Below, piece after piece: positions 17,877 to 27,882 of a stretch of DNA of 37,101 nucleotides. The stretch is from Candidatus Hydrogenedentota bacterium. Its GTDB lineage: Bacteria > Hydrogenedentota > Hydrogenedentia > Hydrogenedentales > GCA-2746185. The stretch spans positions 1 to 37,101 of the forward strand of contig JAYGCN010000114.1 in NCBI GenBank assembly GCA_046583315.1, given 5' to 3'. Positions within the stretch are counted from its first letter, which is position 1, and each line of letters opens with the position of its first letter. A model generated the notes under the pieces. The model worked only from the letters and a program-made list of their open reading frames with translations. It had not been told where the DNA came from and made no database searches. The position numbers were made by a program, and so were the translations under genes.

Positions 17877-17946
17877 AGGTCAAGTACACCACTGCATTCG
17901 ACAGGGATGCGTAGTGCGTACATAACGGGATGGAGGACGACAGGAT

Positions 17947-19263
17947 ATGGCGACCAAGAACGAAAGCTCGGGAGCCGGACGGCCCAAGGCAGCGAAAAAG
18001 AAAGCGGTCAAGAAGAAGGCTGTGAAAAAGAAAGCCGTCGCCCGAAAGAAACTGGACGAAGTAATACTCCCGTTGGTTGATTCAAAGGACGACACTTCGG
18101 CGGAGTTGGAAAGGGGCAATGAGCCGTCGCTTCGATCCGACTCATCTTTACCGAGTGTTTCCGCCATTCAGGAGACGATTGCCACGCGTACGACCCGTAG
18201 TGTGCGCAGTCGGGATATTACGGTCTTTCTGCGGCAGCTGATTATGATGCTGGAGGCGGGCACGCCCATTCTGAAATCACTCAAATCTCTGTCCCATCGC
18301 GGAGAGCGCGCGGCCATTCGCAATTTGGTCACGGGCATCGCCGAATACGTGGAGGCGGGGAATCCATTGTGGCAGGCCTTCGCGCGGGAGGGTAAACATT
18401 TCTCCCCGATTTATGTAAATCTTATCAAAGCTGCGGAAGCCAGCGGGTCGTTGACGGTTGTTTTGCGTCGACTGGTTAGTTACCGTGAAAAACGCGAGAT
18501 GTTGCGTCGCAACCTTATTGTTGCGCTTATCTACCCTGCGTCGGTTGCGCTCGTGGCCTACGCAATTATTTGGGCCTTGGCCACCTTCCTGATTCCGGTT
18601 TTCAGAGAGATGTTTAGCTCTTTCGGCCTCGAACTATCAGGATTCACCAAGTTCGTTATGAATGCGGCATCCCTTATCGGTGGTTGGAGTAGTTTCGTAT
18701 TCGTTCTCGTCGCGATTGCGGGTACATGGGCGTTATACTCGATGTGGTTCGTTCAAAATCCCTTACGCCGGGTCATGGTTGATCGCCTAAAGTTGCGCTT
18801 GCCAGTAATCGGTCCCTTGACGCAAGCCGGTGTTGTCGCCGAATTCACGCGAACCTTCGCCATGCTTCAGCGCAGCGGTGTGTTGATGATGTCCACGCTC
18901 GAATTGTGCCGTAATTCGCTGAGCAACCGTGCCTTCGCCGAATGTGTTCAAGATATGCGTGACTCCGTTGAGCGCGGTGACGGGTTGGAGGCGCCTCTTC
19001 GTGCTGCTGAACGCAACCGTCTCATTCCGGGCGTGGTAGTGGACATGCTGATTACGGGCGAAGAGACTGGTTCGATGGACAATATCGCGGATCAGATAGC
19101 GGATTCCTATGAGGAAGAGGTGGATATACAGGTCGCCGGGCTCAAAGAAGCGATTCAGCCAATCATGGTAATCGGTATTGGTTTCGTGGTCGGTGGTATT
19201 GTCATCGCCATGTTCCTTCCGCTGGTCACGATGATCGAGTCACTTGCAACCTCGGGCATGTAG
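17947..19263 (+). CDS. gspF: Type II secretion system F family / PilC platform protein
   Basis: FLRQLIMMLEAG, AAEASGSL, ALIYP, LPVIG, GEETGSMD, AMFLPL. Two T2SSF repeats with three TM segments. Confidence 0.92.
   Translation: MATKNESSGAGRPKAAKKKAVKKKAVKKKAVARKKLDEVILPLVDSKDDTSAELERGNEPSLRSDSSLPSVSAIQETIATRTTRSVRSRDITVFLRQLIMMLEAGTPILKSLKSLSHRGERAAIRNLVTGIAEYVEAGNPLWQAFAREGKHFSPIYVNLIKAAEASGSLTVVLRRLVSYREKREMLRRNLIVALIYPASVALVAYAIIWALATFLIPVFREMFSSFGLELSGFTKFVMNAASLIGGWSSFVFVLVAIAGTWALYSMWFVQNPLRRVMVDRLKLRLPVIGPLTQAGVVAEFTRTFAMLQRSGVLMMSTLELCRNSLSNRAFAECVQDMRDSVERGDGLEAPLRAAERNRLIPGVVVDMLITGEETGSMDNIADQIADSYEEEVDIQVAGLKEAIQPIMVIGIGFVVGGIVIAMFLPLVTMIESLATSGM
17995..18039 (+). repeat. Three 15-bp tandem units encoding KKKAV
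   Basis: AAAAAGAAAGCGGTC / AAGAAGAAGGCTGTG / AAAAAGAAAGCCGTC. All differences are synonymous. Confidence 0.85.
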
Positions 19264-19293
19264 AAACGAGATCGGAAACCTATTGAAAAATCG

Positions 19294-19328
19294 TCGGGGT
19301 GCTCATTCGTTGAGCATCCCGATTTTTT
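19294..19328 (+). terminator. Intrinsic terminator after gspF, possibly bidirectional
   Basis: TCGGGGTGCTCA-TTCGT-TGAGCATCCCGA stem (one G-U pair) followed by T6, with an A-run shortly upstream. It lies between convergent genes. Confidence 0.8.
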
Positions 19329-20181
19329 ATTTATCCGATGATTCCGGATGAATTCCTGTCGCGTTGGCGATGACCACCAATGGTAGATCGCTCAGCTCAA
19401 ACAACGGGACGGAATTCCACTTCGTTAGTTCGTTCAACGTCGAATCCGCGTACTGCCCGGGGCGAAAGACTAACGCCTGCAGGGGGTCGTCCTCGAACAG
19501 AATCAGTTGGGTGCGGAACGGTATCGCGGAAGGAGGCGTCCTGGAAATGCCGATGGTGTGTGGTGATTGTTTGAGCTGGCGTCGGAGCAAATGCAGGTTC
19601 CCGGCGTATCGGTCTGAGGCATTGTTCGCATCGAAGAGCAGTAGATTGAGGTCGCCGACCGATACGGATTGCGGTTCGTCTTTCGAGTCTACTGTGACCA
19701 CGGGCATCGTGCTATCACGATCCGGCGTATCGGCGGTGCGAAAGGATATGGCGATATCGAATACGCCCGGGACGGGTTCTGGTGGACGGAGTGATTCGAT
19801 TCGGTCGATAAAGTGCAGGCGAATGGTTTCCGGTTTCTCGGCGAGCACGTAAATGTTGGACGACCGGGTTCTATCCTCGTTGGAAATTAGATTGTATTGG
19901 CCTGGTTCGAGTGTATCGGGTACGGTCCAATCGACACTGAACAGTGAGTCGTTCTCCTTATGCCAGGCCGCGTCAATAGGGACGCTTAGGCCCTGCCCTT
20001 CAAGTGAGAGAGTAGTTTCGTGCTGCGATTCGATATTCAACGCTTCGCCGTGAAGAACAAACGAAGGCAAGTCTGATGAGAGCGCAAGCGTGCGCGAGGG
20101 TGGCTGGGCAAGACCGTCACCTGCCGTAATGAGCAAGATCATCGTGATGACCTGCGCTCGTATCAAGCGAAAAAATGTCAT
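19327..20181 (-). CDS. Hypothetical exported protein, possibly a degenerate metallophosphoesterase fold
   Basis: Signal-peptide-like N-terminus. ATG 20181 overlaps the upstream stop (ATGA). No intact catalytic motif recognised. Confidence 0.6.
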   Translation of the reverse strand: MTFFRLIRAQVITMILLITAGDGLAQPPSRTLALSSDLPSFVLHGEALNIESQHETTLSLEGQGLSVPIDAAWHKENDSLFSVDWTVPDTLEPGQYNLISNEDRTRSSNIYVLAEKPETIRLHFIDRIESLRPPEPVPGVFDIAISFRTADTPDRDSTMPVVTVDSKDEPQSVSVGDLNLLLFDANNASDRYAGNLHLLRRQLKQSPHTIGISRTPPSAIPFRTQLILFEDDPLQALVFRPGQYADSTLNELTKWNSVPLFELSDLPLVVIANATGIHPESSDK

Positions 20182-21230
20182 TCGGGTTTCCATTGTGGAC
20201 TTCTGATTTCTTGCACATCAATACTTAGCACCCTGCTTTCGGAAGCATCGGCGGTGGACAAAACGAGCTGAACGTAATTGTTCTCCTCTTGTAAGTAAAT
20301 GAGATGTTCGCTGTCCGGTAACCAGAAGGGTGCCCAGTAATCTATATTTTCGTGTTGCGCTACGGGTAAATGTCGACCCGAATCACGATGGGCACGGTAC
20401 ACGGCTCGGCGACTGTTGCGGAAGGTGTCGTAAGCGACCCATTTACCGTCGGGTGACCAGGTCGGGTTCCAATCGGCGGCACGATGATTACTGACATCAA
20501 ATACCGCGCCTTTTCTCGCGATGAACAATTCTCGGTCTCCGCCATCATTCGATTCATACGCGAGTGCCTGATCCCCCCTTGATGGTTCAACGCTCCACTC
20601 CGTGTGTTCTTCATCGGGAAAGTCGTAGACCCAATCCATGATCGGAAAAATCTGTTCCTGAGTCACGGCAACCAGGCGCGTCGTCCAGGAGTCGCCTTCG
20701 GAAGTCTGCGTCAGTTGTATGGCCAGCAATGAGGATTGTTCTAGACGGGATGTCGCCCCTTTTTCGATGAATGAGGACTGAAGGAAGTTGTCATTCGACG
20801 TCCAGACCGGGCGCATGAGTCTCTGTGCGTTTCCACCCCAGATGGTCTCTGAGTTGGTGGAGAAGGAATAAACCGTGAGGCTTGTATCGGGGAATAAGCC
20901 GCTTTCGTAGGCCAGGTATTGCCCGTTTGCATTCCAGCGGGGGGATCGATTTAGGCTCGCAGCGTTCGGGAGTAGTTCATAACGTTCTTCTTCGGGATAG
21001 GCGACGGCTATCCGGGTGCCCTCGTCGGTATGCGTCGTAAAGGCGATGCGTGTGCCATCGGGAGACCAGCGCGGATGGGCATCATCGCTTCCTGGGCCGA
21101 GTGGCGTGACGGCCTCGGTTGCCACGTCGAAAACGCACAGTTGTGCTCCGGTGTCGGTATTGGAGATGAACGCAATCGTGCCTTGTTGTGGTAAAGTGGA
21201 TAGTAGAATAGTGGTCAGCAGAGCGAACAT
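20178..21230 (-). CDS. TolB-like beta-propeller (PD40 repeat) protein
   Basis: Repeats PRWSPDG, PRWNANG, PVWTSND, PTWSPDG, PFWLPDS and PQWKPE after a hydrophobic N-terminus and IAFIS. Start is 21230 or 21239. Confidence 0.82.
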   Translation of the reverse strand: MFALLTTILLSTLPQQGTIAFISNTDTGAQLCVFDVATEAVTPLGPGSDDAHPRWSPDGTRIAFTTHTDEGTRIAVAYPEEERYELLPNAASLNRSPRWNANGQYLAYESGLFPDTSLTVYSFSTNSETIWGGNAQRLMRPVWTSNDNFLQSSFIEKGATSRLEQSSLLAIQLTQTSEGDSWTTRLVAVTQEQIFPIMDWVYDFPDEEHTEWSVEPSRGDQALAYESNDGGDRELFIARKGAVFDVSNHRAADWNPTWSPDGKWVAYDTFRNSRRAVYRAHRDSGRHLPVAQHENIDYWAPFWLPDSEHLIYLQEENNYVQLVLSTADASESRVLSIDVQEIRSPQWKPE

Positions 21231-21324
21231 GGCGACCATTGTAACATAGCACCCATTTCGCCACGCGAGCACTTTTTCGGTGTACGTACGTTGCGCGAGG
21301 GATTGGAAATGTTGAGGAGCAGTT

Positions 21325-22305
21325 ATGCGTACTGAGGACGGTTCGGGTGGTGTGGTATCCAATGAAGAAATAGGGGAATCACTCAAGAAAATTGAGTTGT
21401 TGCAACAGAATATAGAGACGGTCATCCAGGGAAAGTCCGATGTGGTTCGATTGCTTTTGGTATCCCTGTTGTCAAACGGTTCCGTATTGATGGAAGACGT
21501 TCCGGGACTTGGGAAGACCATGTTGGCAAAGTCACTCGCGATCTCGTTGGATGCCGAATACAGCCGAATTCAGTTTACGCCGGATCTGTTGCCGGCAGAT
21601 ATTGTTGGTGGTTCGGTGTACAACCCCAAGGACGGCACTTTCGATTTTCGGCCGGGCCCTATTTTTTGCACGATATTGCTGGCTGATGAAATTAACCGCG
21701 CGTCGCCGCGCACACAGTCGGCTCTGCTTGAAGCGATGGCGGAGCTGCAGGTGACCATCGAAGGTAAGCGTCGGGAACTACCGATTCCATTTCTGGTGCT
21801 GGCGACTCAGAATCCCGTCGAGTTTCACGGGACGTATCCGCTTCCTGAGGCGCAACTGGATCGTTTCATGATGTTGCTGAATCTGGGGTATCCGGACAGC
21901 GATGTTGAAGTGGATATCCTCAAAACGCAGGCGATCGAACATCCTGTGGATCGACTCAAGGCCGTATTGAATAAGGAAGACGTGAGGGCATTACAACAGC
22001 AGGTCCGCCGGGTCCAGGTGGATGATCGCATCACGGAGTACATGGTGCAAATCGTTGGGGCGACGCGTGTACATAACACCTTAAAGCTCGGCGTGAGCAC
22101 ACGTGGATCGCTGATGCTTTACCGCGCGAGTCAGGCGAAGGCGTTTATGGAAGGCCGCAGTTTCGTGACGCCGGACGACGTGCAGGCCCTCGCGGTGTCC
22201 GTGCTGGCGCATCGATTAACCCTGAATACCAAGGCCCGCTATGATGGCACGGACAAGGCGGCAATCGTGCGTGGTATTGTCGAGTCGGTAGCGGTGCCGG
22301 TTTAG
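21325..22305 (+). CDS. moxR: MoxR family AAA+ ATPase
   Basis: Walker A DVPGLGKT, RIQFTPDLLPAD, Walker B LLADEINRA, ATQNP and LPEAQLDRF. SD GAGGAG. Confidence 0.95.
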   Translation: MRTEDGSGGVVSNEEIGESLKKIELLQQNIETVIQGKSDVVRLLLVSLLSNGSVLMEDVPGLGKTMLAKSLAISLDAEYSRIQFTPDLLPADIVGGSVYNPKDGTFDFRPGPIFCTILLADEINRASPRTQSALLEAMAELQVTIEGKRRELPIPFLVLATQNPVEFHGTYPLPEAQLDRFMMLLNLGYPDSDVEVDILKTQAIEHPVDRLKAVLNKEDVRALQQQVRRVQVDDRITEYMVQIVGATRVHNTLKLGVSTRGSLMLYRASQAKAFMEGRSFVTPDDVQALAVSVLAHRLTLNTKARYDGTDKAAIVRGIVESVAVPV

Positions 22306-22315
22306 GATTTTTGGT

Positions 22316-23689
22316 ATGTTCACGCCGATTCTAAATATTTGGCGAAGGATCAAGCAGTCGAACGCCCGCCGATTGGTCGCGTTACGCTATATATCCCGAT
22401 ACCTGTACTTTTTTACGTTGACCGATTCGGGAAAAACGCTCATGGCGGTGATCGTCGTAGTTGCTCCGCTATCCATGATCAGCCTTGAATATCCTGTCTA
22501 CCAAATTCTGGTGGCCCTGGGTGCATTTTTGTTTGCTTGCCGAGTGATGAGTCTTGCCTTTCGACCCGATGTTGTGTTGCATGGAGGCGTTCCCGAAAAA
22601 GTGACCGCCGGACAATTGGTTCGAGTGGCGTTTACGATTTCAAACGGGGGCAATCGCATCGCGCGGGACATGAGTGTCGGTTTTTTCCCCGTTGCACTGG
22701 GAGCCCGCAGTTCCAGGCTGGAGATTCCATCTGAAGATGATGCTCCCAGGAAGGAAAAAAAGCGATGGCGTGATCGGCGTGGTTGGGTCCAGGTGTTATC
22801 GGATGAAATGGTGATCGATTCGATACCTGCCGGGGCATCGGGGGACATCAATATTGATCTGCAGTTTACTCGGCGGGGGATTTATGAACTCCCGATGCTA
22901 CGCGTGTACTCCGAGTTTCCTTTTAACGTGCTGCGAACTCGGGCGCGTCTGAATTCGAGGTCGCGAAATGATTCGACAGTGATGGCACTGCCTGATTTCG
23001 TCCCGGCTGAGGGGATCGAGATTCCTCCGTCTCGAAACTATCAACCCGGCGGAATCTCGCTGACTTCGGACATCGGGGAGTCACCGGAATACATTGGTAG
23101 TCGTCTCTACCGACCCGGGGACAATGTGAAACGCCTGGATTTTCGCGGATGGGCGCGTCACGGGGAACCGGTGATTCGCGAGTATCAGGAGGAGTACTTT
23201 TGTCGCGTGGCGTTGATATTGGATACGCATGTGCCACGTGGGCAATCAAACGAAGCACTCGAGGCAGCGATACAATTGTCTGCGGCGATCACCGATGCCC
23301 TTGCCAATGGTGAGTACATCATCGATATTTTTGCTGCGGGTCCGGATCTGTACGTGTTTCGCGCCGGTAGACACACCGCGCACTTCGAAAACATTCTCGA
23401 AATTCTGGCGTGTCTGGAGGGCAATCCCGAGGAGACTTTCGACGCAATCGGGCCATCGCTGCGCAACGAGGTGGAGAACATATCGACGGCGTTGTTTGTG
23501 TTCACCGACTGGAGCGAATCCCGTGAGCGGCTCGTGCGTATGGCGTTGGATTCCGGCTGCAATGTGAAGGTGTATGTGGTGAGCACGGGCGAGACCGCGC
23601 TGTCGACGGATGGTCTGGAAGAATTGGTGCCGGATACGCTCCTCTTTTCTGCTACCGAGGTTCGCAGTGGGGAGTACGGAGTATTATGA
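22316..23689 (+). CDS. DUF58 domain protein
   Basis: N-terminal TM pair, EYIGSRLYRPGDNVKRLDFRGWAR...VIREYQEE and LILDT. Typical position after moxR. Confidence 0.88.
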   Translation: MFTPILNIWRRIKQSNARRLVALRYISRYLYFFTLTDSGKTLMAVIVVVAPLSMISLEYPVYQILVALGAFLFACRVMSLAFRPDVVLHGGVPEKVTAGQLVRVAFTISNGGNRIARDMSVGFFPVALGARSSRLEIPSEDDAPRKEKKRWRDRRGWVQVLSDEMVIDSIPAGASGDINIDLQFTRRGIYELPMLRVYSEFPFNVLRTRARLNSRSRNDSTVMALPDFVPAEGIEIPPSRNYQPGGISLTSDIGESPEYIGSRLYRPGDNVKRLDFRGWARHGEPVIREYQEEYFCRVALILDTHVPRGQSNEALEAAIQLSAAITDALANGEYIIDIFAAGPDLYVFRAGRHTAHFENILEILACLEGNPEETFDAIGPSLRNEVENISTALFVFTDWSESRERLVRMALDSGCNVKVYVVSTGETALSTDGLEELVPDTLLFSATEVRSGEYGVL

Positions 23690-25725
23690 AGACTCCGATG
23701 CATAGGCGATGGGCTTTCGCGATGCTGATACTTGAGCTGATTGCCACCGTCGTGTTTTTCAAGACCTACGTGATTCCTTTTACCGTTGGTCTGCTTGGAC
23801 TTATCGGTTATCTCCGGCAAGTGACATTCCAGTCGAGTTTGAGGCGTGTTGTGATTTTCAGCGGGCTTCTGCTTCTGGTCCCGTATTTTCGAATCACTGT
23901 TTTCCCGATAGAAATTGGGCAATTTTCGAGTACCATGGGGGAATATGGGCTGGTCGCGACCGAGTATGCTCTGATTCTTCAGCTACTTCTCTTTCATTGG
24001 GAGCGGAGGCGGGTTGATTTTGGTGTATTTTGTATTCTCGGGGGCCTGGTCATCATGTGCCAGGGTGATCGCTATGTGAATCCTTCCGAATATGCCTTGT
24101 ATCAATCAACAGTTTTCATTTACCTAATTTGCCTGGCCGGCATGGCGCAGGAACAATCGCGTCGGATATTTGTGACGAAACAAAGCAGAGCGGGTGCCTT
24201 GCTCGCAGGAACGATGATGTTTGTCGTGGTCGTCGCCTCAAGTGGCATCTCGCTCGGTCTATATCGATATCACAGTGAGCTGGATGATCTCGCGGGCAAG
24301 TTGGCATTCCCCTTCGCGGATATGGGCGGTATACGGATGGACACTGAGAGCCAACTGGGGGCCGTAGCCAAAACGAAAATAGAGGGGAAAACGAAAGTCG
24401 CATTGCGCATTATTTCGGATGAAGCACCGGGCTATCTTCGGGCGAACGCCTTTGACAATTACGAGCCGCCGAGGTGGCTGAATTCGACACCGGTGCGGGC
24501 CTTGCGTAAACTTGAGGACGGTTCCGCGCAAGAGGGATACCGGCGTTATCCGCTGGTGAACTGGTCTCCGAGTCAAGTCGCGTCGGAAGACATGGCATTG
24601 CGCGATATTTGGCCAACCAAGGGAGTGGGTCCGACGGTGTTCACGCAATTGCATGCGCCCTATGTGGAGATTGATGATGCGCTGGTCTATGCCAATGGGC
24701 ATGGGATCGCGACATCGCGGGATCGCATCGCGGGGTCGAACTATCGCTTGTATATTGATTCGGAGAAACACTCGCTGCCCCCAATTGAAATAATGAAGGC
24801 GCGCATGCTTGAATTGCCATCGAATCTGGACCCGGAAGTGCGTGCGTTGGCCGATGCGCTGTTTGAGGACGCGGACTCGCCGCTCGAGAAAGCGTTGCGC
24901 GTGGTCGGTCATTTCCAGAAAAATCATACTTACGCGCTGGGCATCGAAATTCCACCTGGCGTGGATCCGTTGACTTATTTTTTGTTGGAGAGACCTCCTG
25001 CGCACTGCGAGTATTTTGCGACCGGGGCGGCGGTGCTTCTTCGATTGGGCGGTGTGCCGTGTCGTTATGTCACCGGGTATGTCGTACGCGAGCAGAGCGA
25101 TAAAGGGGGATATTGGTTGGCCCGCAGTCGCGATGCGCATGCGTGGGTGGAGGCTTGGGACGAGGAGGAGGGGTGGGTGGTTATCGAAGCCACTCCGGCC
25201 AGTGGCGTTCCGCAAGGGGAGGGTGACGCCGAGACTTCGTATGCATGGGACGCGTGGAAATTCCGGTTTCAACAGTGGCGTGAAGCGTTGATGTCGGGGC
25301 GTATTCTACAGAAAATGGTCGAGGGTATTCGAGTGTTGGCTGGGTGGATCGGGTCGCTCGTCATGAGGCCCATAGGCATCGCGGTGGTGGTTTTGATAGC
25401 CCTTGGGTATGCGGCGCGTGCTTGGATGAAACGGCTCCGCGAACGAACTCAGGCCGGGGTAGCGCTCGATGACCTTGGGCTGCTGTTGCGCAGGATGGAT
25501 GATTTCCTGTCGGGGCAGGGAACGCACCGACGCGCCAGTGAAACGCTTGAGCAATTTACGGAACGCATTCACGCGAGCGAAACGATGAGCGCGGAGGAGT
25601 GTGAACGGGTCAGGGCGTGGTATAAAACGTATTCGGAGAGGCGATATGATCCGTCGAATGGAAGCGAAACCGTTACTGCGTCGTTGACCACTGAATTGAC
25701 GCGTCTCGTTGAACCGTCTTCGTAG
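23686..25725 (+). CDS. Membrane transglutaminase-like protein (TgpA/DUF3488 type)
   Basis: Multiple N-terminal TM helices, YLRANAFDNY, catalytic HCEYFATG, RYVTGY, AHAWVEAW, EATP and a C-terminal TM. Confidence 0.9.
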   Translation: MKTPMHRRWAFAMLILELIATVVFFKTYVIPFTVGLLGLIGYLRQVTFQSSLRRVVIFSGLLLLVPYFRITVFPIEIGQFSSTMGEYGLVATEYALILQLLLFHWERRRVDFGVFCILGGLVIMCQGDRYVNPSEYALYQSTVFIYLICLAGMAQEQSRRIFVTKQSRAGALLAGTMMFVVVVASSGISLGLYRYHSELDDLAGKLAFPFADMGGIRMDTESQLGAVAKTKIEGKTKVALRIISDEAPGYLRANAFDNYEPPRWLNSTPVRALRKLEDGSAQEGYRRYPLVNWSPSQVASEDMALRDIWPTKGVGPTVFTQLHAPYVEIDDALVYANGHGIATSRDRIAGSNYRLYIDSEKHSLPPIEIMKARMLELPSNLDPEVRALADALFEDADSPLEKALRVVGHFQKNHTYALGIEIPPGVDPLTYFLLERPPAHCEYFATGAAVLLRLGGVPCRYVTGYVVREQSDKGGYWLARSRDAHAWVEAWDEEEGWVVIEATPASGVPQGEGDAETSYAWDAWKFRFQQWREALMSGRILQKMVEGIRVLAGWIGSLVMRPIGIAVVVLIALGYAARAWMKRLRERTQAGVALDDLGLLLRRMDDFLSGQGTHRRASETLEQFTERIHASETMSAEECERVRAWYKTYSERRYDPSNGSETVTASLTTELTRLVEPSS

Positions 25726-26724
25726 TTACACAACATCCTCTACAGGCGCATGCACATGGCAGGCGACGCGATGTGCACCATCGTGCTTAACCAGCACCGT
25801 CTGGGCGCGTGTACAACGGTCTTCACGATCGGGGCAACGAGGATGAAAATGGCAACCCGGCGGAGGATCGATGGGGCTGGGAATGTCGCCCGTGAGAATT
25901 TGCCTGTCGGTATGCGCTCCAGGTGTCGTCACGGGTACGGCACTGAGCAGTGCCTTCGTATAGGGGTGCACGGGGTTTCGAAAAATGTCTTCCGAAGTCC
26001 CGATTTCCACAATGCGCCCCAGATACATCACCGCGACATAATCGGAAATATGTTGAATGACCGAGAGATCGTGTCCGATAAAGAGGTACGTGAGATTGAG
26101 CTTTTCTTGCAGGTCTTTTAGGAGATTGAGAATCTGCGCCTGAATCGATACGTCCAACGCGGAGACCGGTTCGTCGGCGATAATCAGTGAGGGCTCAACG
26201 GCCAACGCGCGTGCGATACCGATGCGCTGACGTTGCCCGCCGCTGAATTCATTGGGGTATCGATCCGACGCTTCCGGGGGCAGGCCCACGAGTTGGATGA
26301 GTTCCATGACGCGATCACGAAGGCCTTCTTTCCCGACAAGTTTGTGCGCTTTCATGGCTTCTGCCAATACGGAATAAACGGTCATCCGTGGATTGAGGGA
26401 GCCGTAGGGGTCTTGAAAAATAAGCTGCATCTCTTTGCGCAAACTGCGCATGGATTTGCGATCCAGATCGGTTAGAGTTTGTCCGTTGTAGGTGACCGTA
26501 CCTCGGGTTGGTTCGATTAGGCGAAGAATCGCGCGGCCCGTGGTTGTTTTTCCGCTACCGCTCTCTCCGACGAGACTCAGGGTTTTGCCTTTTGGAATGT
26601 CGAAGGATACGCCGTCTACTGCGCGCACATGGCCGGAAACGCGCGAAAATACGCCGGAGCGTACTGGAAAATATACGGCCAGGTCATCGACGCTCAACAG
26701 GGTTTCGGTTGCAGAATCACTCAT
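25726..26724 (-). CDS. oppF: Oligopeptide/dipeptide ABC transporter ATP-binding protein
   Basis: [40 protein letters not shown] and C-terminal GCHFHPRC. Confidence 0.93.
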   Translation of the reverse strand: MSDSATETLLSVDDLAVYFPVRSGVFSRVSGHVRAVDGVSFDIPKGKTLSLVGESGSGKTTTGRAILRLIEPTRGTVTYNGQTLTDLDRKSMRSLRKEMQLIFQDPYGSLNPRMTVYSVLAEAMKAHKLVGKEGLRDRVMELIQLVGLPPEASDRYPNEFSGGQRQRIGIARALAVEPSLIIADEPVSALDVSIQAQILNLLKDLQEKLNLTYLFIGHDLSVIQHISDYVAVMYLGRIVEIGTSEDIFRNPVHPYTKALLSAVPVTTPGAHTDRQILTGDIPSPIDPPPGCHFHPRCPDREDRCTRAQTVLVKHDGAHRVACHVHAPVEDVV

Positions 26725-27755
26725 GGAGTAGCAACCGATTTTAGTGGAGTGGAGCGTTTGGAATCGGACATGGTGTCGGCATCAAACAACCAGCAATTGA
26801 TTTCGTGGTCGGGCTCGTTGGATGAACATCCCGGCTCGGTCGTCGCGCACACGGCCATAGCATTCGGACATCGGGGGTGGAATCGGCAGCCCGTCGGGAA
26901 ATCCGTGGCGGCCGGCACTTGTCCATCGATGGTTTCGAGCCGCTCGGAGGTCTGATTCATATTGGGCAGTGAATTGAACAGACCTTGTGTGTAGGGATGG
27001 GCTTTCTTTTCGAATAGCACCGCGGCGGGTGCGCGTTCGACAATTTTCCCCGCGTACATGATGGCCACCTCGTCGGCCATTTCCGCGACAACACCGAGGT
27101 CGTGCGTGATCAGTAGAATGGCCATGCCGCGTTCCTGTTGAAGTTTCCGGAGCAGATCGAGAATTTGTGCCTGGATGGTCACGTCGAGCGCGGTCGTCGG
27201 TTCATCGGCGATAAGGACTTTGGGATTGCACGCGAGTGCCATCGCGATCATCACGCGTTGACGCATGCCGCCGGACATCTGGTGGGGATAATCATCCACG
27301 CGAATTTTGGGCGCGGGAATGCCGACTTGATCCAGGAGATCGATTGCCGCCGCACGTGCATCAGACTTGCTCAAGCCCTGGTGCATGCGAAGAATCGAGC
27401 CGATTTGCGTGCCGACACGAAACACCGGGTTCAGGGAGGTCATCGGCTCCTGAAAAATCATGGAAATATCATTTCCGCGGATGGCTCGCATATTGGATTC
27501 GGACATGGGGACGAGGTCGGCACCCTCGAAGAGGACGCTTCCGCCAACGATTTTGCCGGGAGGGTCGGGCACGAGTCCCAGTATGGAAAGCGCGGTCATG
27601 CTTTTGCCACAGCCGGATTCCCCGACGAGTGCGAGCGTTTTCCCCGGCGTAATTTCGAAGGAAATATCGTCCACAGCCAAGGCCGTGCCGCGTTCTGTAT
27701 AGAAGTAGGTTCTGAGGTTCTCTATCGACAAGATAGGGGTGGTATCACTGTTCAT
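26721..27755 (-). CDS. oppD: Oligopeptide/dipeptide ABC transporter ATP-binding protein
   Basis: [39 protein letters not shown] and [12 protein letters not shown] overlap with oppF. Confidence 0.93.
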   Translation of the reverse strand: MNSDTTPILSIENLRTYFYTERGTALAVDDISFEITPGKTLALVGESGCGKSMTALSILGLVPDPPGKIVGGSVLFEGADLVPMSESNMRAIRGNDISMIFQEPMTSLNPVFRVGTQIGSILRMHQGLSKSDARAAAIDLLDQVGIPAPKIRVDDYPHQMSGGMRQRVMIAMALACNPKVLIADEPTTALDVTIQAQILDLLRKLQQERGMAILLITHDLGVVAEMADEVAIMYAGKIVERAPAAVLFEKKAHPYTQGLFNSLPNMNQTSERLETIDGQVPAATDFPTGCRFHPRCPNAMAVCATTEPGCSSNEPDHEINCWLFDADTMSDSKRSTPLKSVATP

Positions 27756-27882
27756 GGGGAAAGGATACTGGGCGCACACAGATTATTCAAGGTAGCAGCC
27801 GATTGGAGAAAGCAATCTCCGTGTTGAAACCTTGCGAGGAAGGCACGTATTCTATGGGTTCATGAAGGTTTCCCGGAAAGCG

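Noticed and set aside
21240..21521. N-terminal extension of the TolB-like ORF
   Set aside because: It overlaps moxR on the opposite strand. The hydrophobic signal begins at 21239/21230.
24259..25272. 337-aa minus-strand ORF
   Set aside because: Antisense shadow of the transglutaminase gene.
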